The notes below the pieces were generated by a model. That model did no database searches. It worked only from the letters and a program-made list of their open reading frames with translations, and had not been told where the DNA came from. Below are positions 26,194-32,000 of a DNA stretch of 32,000 nt, piece by piece. The first letter of the stretch is position 1. Each line of letters begins with the position of its first letter. A program made the translations under genes and the position numbers. The stretch covers positions 1 through 32,000 of the forward strand of contig SHMX01000010.1 in NCBI GenBank assembly GCA_008080745.1, read 5' to 3'. The DNA is from Candidatus Thorarchaeota archaeon (GTDB lineage Archaea; Asgardarchaeota; Thorarchaeia; Thorarchaeales; Thorarchaeaceae).

Positions 26194-27138
26194 TTGCGCC
26201 ATTTCCTGATTACCATGGCTGGCACGCTCATCAAGAGGAATCCGCTTAATTCCTATTTTGTGATTGCTATCACATTCACGGCACTATGTTGGATTCCCAC
26301 GTCGATTATTGCATATCTGAATGGATATACCCTCCTCAATAATAATACATTTGGAGAACTCATTCAGACTGGCTTTGTTGATACTCAACATGTAATTATA
26401 TCATTTATCTTCGCCTTAGGCGTATATGGTCCCCTGATTGCTTCGATACTAGTATTGCTAACAACTACTAGTAGGAGTGGAGTTGCTGATTTATTCAGTA
26501 GAATGAAGAAATGGAGAGTTGACAAAAAGTATTATTTGGCTATCTTTTTGATTCCCTTTATTCTTACAGTTCCTGCCATAGCTGTTGCTTTGGTCTTAGG
26601 CATACCACTTCCTAGCCCATTTGAATTGGTAGTTCCACTACAATTTATCCCGTTGTTCATAATTTATCAAATATTTACTAGCGGTCTTGAAGAGCCAGGG
26701 TGGAGGGGTTATGCATTACCGGAATTAATGAAAACTATGACTGCTGAAAAGGCTAGCTACAAATTAGGAGTGATATGGAGCATTTGGCATTGGCCTTTTT
26801 TGATCTTCGTTACAGTTAGCAATCTACCAATAGATATTGCAGAGGCAGGATATATGATGGTTGCAATGGTTTCTATCGTTCAGGTTCTTCTCTTTAATGT
26901 CTTAACAATGGTTGGAATGGCTGTGATTTACACTTGGTTATACAATAACACCGAGAGTGTATTCATATGCATCATCTTCCATGCACTTAGCAATATCATT
27001 AGTCTGTTTTTGATGAGTCTGATACCAGCTGCATTAGCTCTAATTGTAGGTATATTACCTTGGGTTATTGCTATGCCTTTACTTCACTTCTATGGAAGTG
27101 AAACTCTGACTGGTAAGGAAAACATCTTAGTCCAATGA
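26194..27138 (+). CDS. CPBP (Abi/CAAX type II) intramembrane glutamic protease
   Basis: EEPGWRG, WSIWH and HALSN motifs in a multi-TM protein. The start could be ATG near 26215. Confidence 0.92.
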   Translation: MRHFLITMAGTLIKRNPLNSYFVIAITFTALCWIPTSIIAYLNGYTLLNNNTFGELIQTGFVDTQHVIISFIFALGVYGPLIASILVLLTTTSRSGVADLFSRMKKWRVDKKYYLAIFLIPFILTVPAIAVALVLGIPLPSPFELVVPLQFIPLFIIYQIFTSGLEEPGWRGYALPELMKTMTAEKASYKLGVIWSIWHWPFLIFVTVSNLPIDIAEAGYMMVAMVSIVQVLLFNVLTMVGMAVIYTWLYNNTESVFICIIFHALSNIISLFLMSLIPAALALIVGILPWVIAMPLLHFYGSETLTGKENILVQ

Positions 27139-27153
27139 TGCAGCATGAAGCTA

Positions 27154-27198
27154 GGTCCTGAACTGCATTCAGGGCCGAGTTACTTTCTTTTGCTGTTT
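27154..27198 (+). terminator. Hairpin plus U-tract terminator after the CPBP gene
   Basis: GGTCCTGAA-ctgca-TTCAGGGCC (one G.U pair on the + strand), followed by TTACTTTCTTTTG. Confidence 0.55.
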
Positions 27199-27331
27199 AA
27201 TACTAACTATTCCGTTAGACAGAGTATGAAAGTGCAGATTAAGACATTGTATCAAAGAAAATATACAGAACCAAGTATACAATGAACTGGAATCTATTTT
27301 GCGCGGCAAAACAAGCAATGAGGCACCTATT

Positions 27332-29119
27332 ATGACCGGATTTAGAAACCGGATACTCCTCGTGAATCTTACTAAAAACTCTACTAGAGTAATCATTCCA
27401 AAAAAGGCGTTTCTCAAACAATTCCTAGGTGGCAGTGGACTGGCAGCTCGCATTTTGTATGATTATCCCTCAATGGGGTCAGATGTTCTATCCCCATCTA
27501 GTCCTTTAGTATTTATGACTGGTCCATTGACTGGAACTATCGCACCTTGCACAGGGAGACATGTTGTATGCGGAAGATCTCCATTAACAGGGCTATGGGC
27601 AGAATCTCATGCGGGTGGCAGATTTGGTGCAACTCTAAAGTTCGCCGGTTTAGATGGAATTCTTGTCACCGGTCAATCGAAGTTTCCGTGTTTTATTCAT
27701 ATAACCGATGAAGATGCGGAAATAAAGTCAGCAAAATCCGTCTGGGGGTTGACCACCAGTGAAACCCATACCCATCTTTCAGAATCTATTGGTCGTTGTG
27801 AGATAGCTACTATTGGCCCCGCTGGAGAGAATCTGGTACGATTTGCAGGAATCTATCATAATGGACGAGTAGCAGCTCGTTGTGGCCTCGGAGCGGTCAT
27901 GGGGTCGAAGCGACTAAAAGCAATAGTTGTTCAGGGAGAGCAAGCTGTACCTCTTTCGGACTCTCAGTCGTTTATATCTCTCGCTCGAGACATAAGCAAA
28001 TTATTTAGCAAGAAACATGAGATGTTATCTGAATCGGGCACCGTAATGTATGTTGATAGAGGTATGTTACATAACGACATGCCCGTCCGGTATTTCCAAG
28101 ATGCTGAATTCGATGTGAGTGGTCTTAATGCACAAGCCATGAAACGTATTCTTGTTGGGCGAAATGCTTGTTATTCCTGTCCTATAGGATGTGGTAGAAA
28201 GGTAACAGTTTCGGGTATTCCTGAATCTATTATGGGCCCAGAGTTCCAGACCATCGCTTCGTTTGGGACAAATCTTTTGATTCCCGATCTGACCGATGTC
28301 GCACGATTGAACTTCCTGTGTAATGAAATGGGACTTGATACAATAAGCACAGCGGGAGTTCTAGCTTACGTTATTTCAATGGCTGAAAGAGGGAACCTTT
28401 CTGACAATAGAACTGGTTATACATTAAAATGGGGAGATCCTCAACTTGTTTACGAGCTAATTCTGGATATTGTCAACCGTCAAGGGTATGGAAACATTCT
28501 TGCAAACGGAATCAAACATGTAGCAGAGTCTATTGGATGCCCTGAAGAAGCATTACATGTAAAGGGCTTAGATGTTCCCCATCATGACCCTCGTGCCTTT
28601 GTTGGAATGGCTGCAACTTACGCTATTGCAGCACGAGGGGCAGCACATACTGAGAGTGATGTTTTTGCAGTAGCAATGGATGTTGAATACCCCGAGATTG
28701 GAATTCTTTCTGGAGATCGGTTAGAAAATGCTGGCAAAGGCAAACTTGTAGCCCGTGTTCAGGATTTCAGAGCGTTCTGTGATTCAGTTATTGTCTGCCA
28801 TTTTCCGGTCTTTCCATTAGATGCCATGATTGATTTACTTAATCATGCCACAGGGTTTAATCTCTCTATCAAAGATATTCCCGATATTGGTGCTAGAGCA
28901 GTCACTATGAAACGGCTCATCAATCTTCGGCTTGGTTTTCATCCCTCTCAAGATACTTTGCCTGCCCCACTACTGAAGCCATTACAGGACAGTATAATTG
29001 AGGATAGTATTCCCGATTTGGAATCGCAACTACGTGAATACTATTCATATCGTGGATGGGATTTCGAGTCTGGTATCCCCTCCTTAGCCTCGCTTAAAAA
29101 ATTACAATTGGATGTTTAA
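27332..29119 (+). CDS. aor: Tungsten-dependent aldehyde:ferredoxin oxidoreductase family protein
   Basis: SPLTG, GAVMGSKRLKAI, CYSCPIGC, GLDTIS, RGAAH, DSVIVC. Likely ATG 27332; the ORF track starts at TTG 27299. Confidence 0.92.
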   Translation: MTGFRNRILLVNLTKNSTRVIIPKKAFLKQFLGGSGLAARILYDYPSMGSDVLSPSSPLVFMTGPLTGTIAPCTGRHVVCGRSPLTGLWAESHAGGRFGATLKFAGLDGILVTGQSKFPCFIHITDEDAEIKSAKSVWGLTTSETHTHLSESIGRCEIATIGPAGENLVRFAGIYHNGRVAARCGLGAVMGSKRLKAIVVQGEQAVPLSDSQSFISLARDISKLFSKKHEMLSESGTVMYVDRGMLHNDMPVRYFQDAEFDVSGLNAQAMKRILVGRNACYSCPIGCGRKVTVSGIPESIMGPEFQTIASFGTNLLIPDLTDVARLNFLCNEMGLDTISTAGVLAYVISMAERGNLSDNRTGYTLKWGDPQLVYELILDIVNRQGYGNILANGIKHVAESIGCPEEALHVKGLDVPHHDPRAFVGMAATYAIAARGAAHTESDVFAVAMDVEYPEIGILSGDRLENAGKGKLVARVQDFRAFCDSVIVCHFPVFPLDAMIDLLNHATGFNLSIKDIPDIGARAVTMKRLINLRLGFHPSQDTLPAPLLKPLQDSIIEDSIPDLESQLREYYSYRGWDFESGIPSLASLKKLQLDV

Positions 29120-29167
29120 TGTACATATCGCCTGCCTTTTTACCTGTCTAACTTTCGAACCATCTGG

Positions 29168-30103
29168 GTGTTTAAGATTCAGGCCATCACAGATTTTGCA
29201 TTCAAACTCGCATTATTCTATATTCCTATTCTCATTGGCTATCTCTTTGCAAAATACTATGAGCGATTTGAATCTGTTAACAAAGTTTTGACAAAATTGC
29301 TTCTCAATATCATGTTGCCCATTCTTGTTTTACAGACCTTGCTAAACGCCCCATCTAGCACTGTCCTAGAAGTACCTGCAATCATTATCATTACCATTCT
29401 AATTCACTTCTTTGGAATCGGGCTAATGCTTATTCGATTCAGGACAACAGATACTTCTCGCCCTAAGAAGGGGGCGCTTCTATTATGTGCTGGTTTTAAT
29501 AATGGTATCTTTCTTCCGGTTCCTCTCATTCTAATGTTTATTGGAGAGGTGGGTATCGCAGTGGTTGCCTTTTATTCAATTGCTCAAATGACCCTCATTA
29601 CCACTATCGGACCGATAATCGCAGCTCATTACAGTGGGACTGAAGTCGAATGGCAAAAACAAGTGAAAAAGGCAGTGACCTTTCCTCCTTTTCTCACTGT
29701 TATCCTTGGGATTATCCTTCTCTTCTTCAGTGTCAGTATTCCTATGGAATTGAATCCTTTTCTATTTTGGAATGGCCAAATCACAACGTATCTCTCGCTT
29801 TTTGTTGTCGGGATTGGTGTCGGTAGCAAATTCCTTCTGAGCGACTTACGAGCAGCAGTAGAAGCGATAGGCGTTAGACAACTGTTAGTACCTCTTCTGA
29901 TAGCTGCTATTCTTGTACTTGTAAACCTGTCAAATGTTACTACTCAGGTATTACTCCTTCAGGCGATGATGCCTCCAGCAGTTATTACAGTAATACTCTC
30001 CGCTGGGTTCGATCTGGATCATGAAACGGCAGCGACTGCTGTGACCATTGGGACCCTATTGCTGTTGCCCGTTATTCCCTTCTTTCCCCTCCTATTCTCC
30101 TGA
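29168..30103 (+). CDS. AEC (auxin efflux carrier / MleP-like) family transporter
   Basis: About 10 TM segments, FNNGIFLPVP, SNPP-like TFPPF, RQLLVP, QAMMPPAV...YD-like C-terminal motif. Confidence 0.88.
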   Translation: MFKIQAITDFAFKLALFYIPILIGYLFAKYYERFESVNKVLTKLLLNIMLPILVLQTLLNAPSSTVLEVPAIIIITILIHFFGIGLMLIRFRTTDTSRPKKGALLLCAGFNNGIFLPVPLILMFIGEVGIAVVAFYSIAQMTLITTIGPIIAAHYSGTEVEWQKQVKKAVTFPPFLTVILGIILLFFSVSIPMELNPFLFWNGQITTYLSLFVVGIGVGSKFLLSDLRAAVEAIGVRQLLVPLLIAAILVLVNLSNVTTQVLLLQAMMPPAVITVILSAGFDLDHETAATAVTIGTLLLLPVIPFFPLLFS

Positions 30104-30145
30104 CGTCTTATCTGAAGGCATATATCGTTCCCAAACCACATACTC

Positions 30146-30478
30146 GTGCAGGTGACTAGTTTGGTTGATACTGAAAAACAGAACGATCCAGAAACCATCA
30201 AAAAATCTCTGGATGATGTGGTAGAACAGCTTGAACAAGATCCCAAAGGAAGCAAATCTTGGGCATCATCCATGTCCTCTAATAGAGAACGTTGGGAGGA
30301 ACTAAAGAGGGAGATCCAGAAACGGCAGAAGGAACTAAAGCGGCTAGTACAAGAAAAGAAATCAGGTATTATTGGTCCAGAAGAGTTTGATGAAAAGTAT
30401 CGTGTACTTCAGGACGAGCTTACCGAACTAGAATTTCAAGTATACAACATGAGATTAGGCACCAAGGTTGATGCCTAA
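30146..30478 (+). CDS. Small coiled-coil hypothetical protein
   Basis: Two long amphipathic helices joined by GIIGPEEF. Start uncertain. Confidence 0.75.
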   Translation: MQVTSLVDTEKQNDPETIKKSLDDVVEQLEQDPKGSKSWASSMSSNRERWEELKREIQKRQKELKRLVQEKKSGIIGPEEFDEKYRVLQDELTELEFQVYNMRLGTKVDA

Positions 30479-30489
30479 TCTTCTATCGT

Positions 30490-31554
30490 TCAAAACGTTT
30501 CTTCGGATTTGGCTCTCTGAATCAGGACTATAGCTTCAAGAATAGCGATTACTGCTAAGATACCTGAAACTCCTATCAATACCAAGATTATAGTACCCTC
30601 ACCTGCTGAAGCCTCAGCTTGATTTAGGCTATTAACAATAGCACCAAGATTATAGGTCATTAGTGAAACATAGTCATTCATCTCTGCGAATGAGAGCGTT
30701 CTTACCCAAGATAATGGTGAGTTGGTATCCTGAGCTAACTGGGTGGCAAATTCTCCACCCGCTTGAAGCAATGCTACTTCAGACCCAATTATGATGTCAA
30801 TACTACCATTTCCAAGCCCATTCTGTATCTCTAGTAATTCTCCACCAGAGATAAACGTATTTTCCCCTTCTTGAAGGACTTGAACAACCTCAATTCCAAA
30901 TGTTTCTGCAACATATGCTTCGGCTGGAAAGACCACAACTGCTGTAAGTTCAGAGAAATCATACTCCGAGTCAAAAGCAATCACCAAGTCCTGAAAATCT
31001 TCTACGCGCTCAACGAAAGCATCGAAATTCTCTGACCATGTGTCGCTGTGAGTGGAATTCAATCCGGAAAGGGCCACTCGAGTAGCATTCGCAATTGCAA
31101 TTGCATTTCTGGGTAATAACCAGTATCCATGGGGGTTTCCTTCGTGATCATGTTCATCTTGTGCAACGGAGTGGTCATGCTCTTCGTCACCTGGAAACGG
31201 CGACAACTCTGCTCCATATCCTTCAAAATCCTCGAGCCCGATAAAGGGAGTATCTACAGTGGTCGCGAGACTTTCCTCCCATGGAAAGTGTCCAGTGAAG
31301 ACTAGCAAATCAGCTTCTTCTGCTGCATTAATAGCCTCTTGGGGAAGTTGAGCCACATGGGGTTCTATTCCTTCTGGAAGCAAAATTGTAGTGTCGATTA
31401 AATCTCCTCCCGCTGCCTCAACAAGACCTGCCAAGGGTGTGATGGATACCGCTACCTTTAGAATTGGACTTTCTTGTGCATGAACTGCTGGAAAAACCGA
31501 CACCATATTAATCGATAATAGCACAATAATCAAAATCGAGAACTTTTTTTTCAT
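30490..31554 (-). CDS. ZnuA/TroA-family metal ABC substrate-binding protein with C-terminal TM anchor
   Basis: Signal peptide, PEGIEPH, His/acid-rich loop EEHDHSVAQDEHDHE, NPHGYWL, C-terminal TM helix. ATG 31554; the ORF track starts at 31587. Confidence 0.9.
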   Translation of the reverse strand: MKKKFSILIIVLLSINMVSVFPAVHAQESPILKVAVSITPLAGLVEAAGGDLIDTTILLPEGIEPHVAQLPQEAINAAEEADLLVFTGHFPWEESLATTVDTPFIGLEDFEGYGAELSPFPGDEEHDHSVAQDEHDHEGNPHGYWLLPRNAIAIANATRVALSGLNSTHSDTWSENFDAFVERVEDFQDLVIAFDSEYDFSELTAVVVFPAEAYVAETFGIEVVQVLQEGENTFISGGELLEIQNGLGNGSIDIIIGSEVALLQAGGEFATQLAQDTNSPLSWVRTLSFAEMNDYVSLMTYNLGAIVNSLNQAEASAGEGTIILVLIGVSGILAVIAILEAIVLIQRAKSEETF

Positions 31555-31690
31555 CTTAGTAAAACCCCATGATTTCTTCATCCACACAAAAAAATGTTAC
31601 TTTGAATGGTTTTTCCATCAATGTTATTAAAGGTTATGCTCCTACTAATTCGCCTGAGTAAGTTACGAAACATAACAAAGAGATGATATT

Positions 31691-32000
31691 ATGCCGATAG
31701 TAGCTGTTTCAATGCCGGAATCTGATTTGAAAGAATTAGAATTCCTGAGAGAGGAAGGCGGCTTTAATAGCCGATCAGATGTTGTGCGACAAGCCATTCA
31801 GATATTACTATCTCGTCATCAAGACCTCGATAAAATAAAAGGTCATGTGACAGTTATTGCAACTGCAGTATATGATAAGAAACTGAAGGGATTCCAATCA
31901 AAATCTATTCTCGATAACTATAGTTCGCTTGTATCGACAGTGATCCATACAAAAGCGCACTCCGGAGAGAGTATCGAGATTATGATTGTGAAAGGTAATG
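31691..32000 (+). CDS. NikR/CopG-family ribbon-helix-helix regulator (runs off window; absent from the ORF track)
   Basis: Translated by hand: MPIVAVSMPESDLKELEFLREEGGFNSRSDVVRQAI..TVIHTKAHSGESIEIMIVKGN. RHH plus NikR-like C-terminal domain. Confidence 0.88.
   Translation, partial: MPIVAVSMPESDLKELEFLREEGGFNSRSDVVRQAIQILLSRHQDLDKIKGHVTVIATAVYDKKLKGFQSKSILDNYSSLVSTVIHTKAHSGESIEIMIVKGN

Noticed and set aside
27145-27180. ATGA-N12-AA-N14-GA pattern resembling a eukaryote-type SECIS
   Set aside because: The stem does not pair directly above the core, and the upstream gene is not a selenoprotein candidate. A terminator explains it better.
215-30273. Numerous short antisense or nested ORFs in the track (e.g. 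436-840, 1178-1666, 10095-10565, 24443-24877)
   Set aside because: They overlap well-supported genes, have no motifs and lack SD support, so they are treated as shadow ORFs.
1-32000. CRISPR array, rRNA, tRNA, transposase or integrase genes
   Set aside because: No regularly spaced repeat-spacer array, cloverleaf/T-loop signature, or DDE/HUH/tyrosine-recombinase motif was recognised.

Overview
Gene-dense archaeal window. GGTGA/GAGGTGA Shine-Dalgarno motifs, DUF2096, a group 3b hydrogenase, a tungsten AOR-family enzyme and sequon-rich membrane-anchored proteins are seen. The gene mix suggests an Asgard archaeon such as Thorarchaeia; this is inference, with no marker gene present. Most of the window is an anaerobic electron-transfer island: korD-korA, three hdrC-hdrB pairs (two back-to-back), two long double-flavin HdrA genes (one fused to MvhD), a PAS/GAF histidine kinase, a four-gene NADP-type [NiFe] sulfhydrogenase operon and an AOR-family gene. 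The rest is transport, metal-uptake and membrane-protein genes. The signal least explained by the genes is non-coding. A 337-bp element (10371-10707) has GGATGG...CCATCC termini, an exact 5-bp flanking direct repeat (TCTAT), inverted subterminal TGGACA-N3-TTGGAC tandem repeats and a hairpin-packed interior. A related element with the same repeats lies at the left window edge (1-183). No transposase or recombinase is in the window. A 17-aa Lys-rich ORF with a strong SD sits next to the element. No rRNA, tRNA, CRISPR array or in-frame Sec codon was recognised. All calls are by-eye motif recognition; no searches were run.
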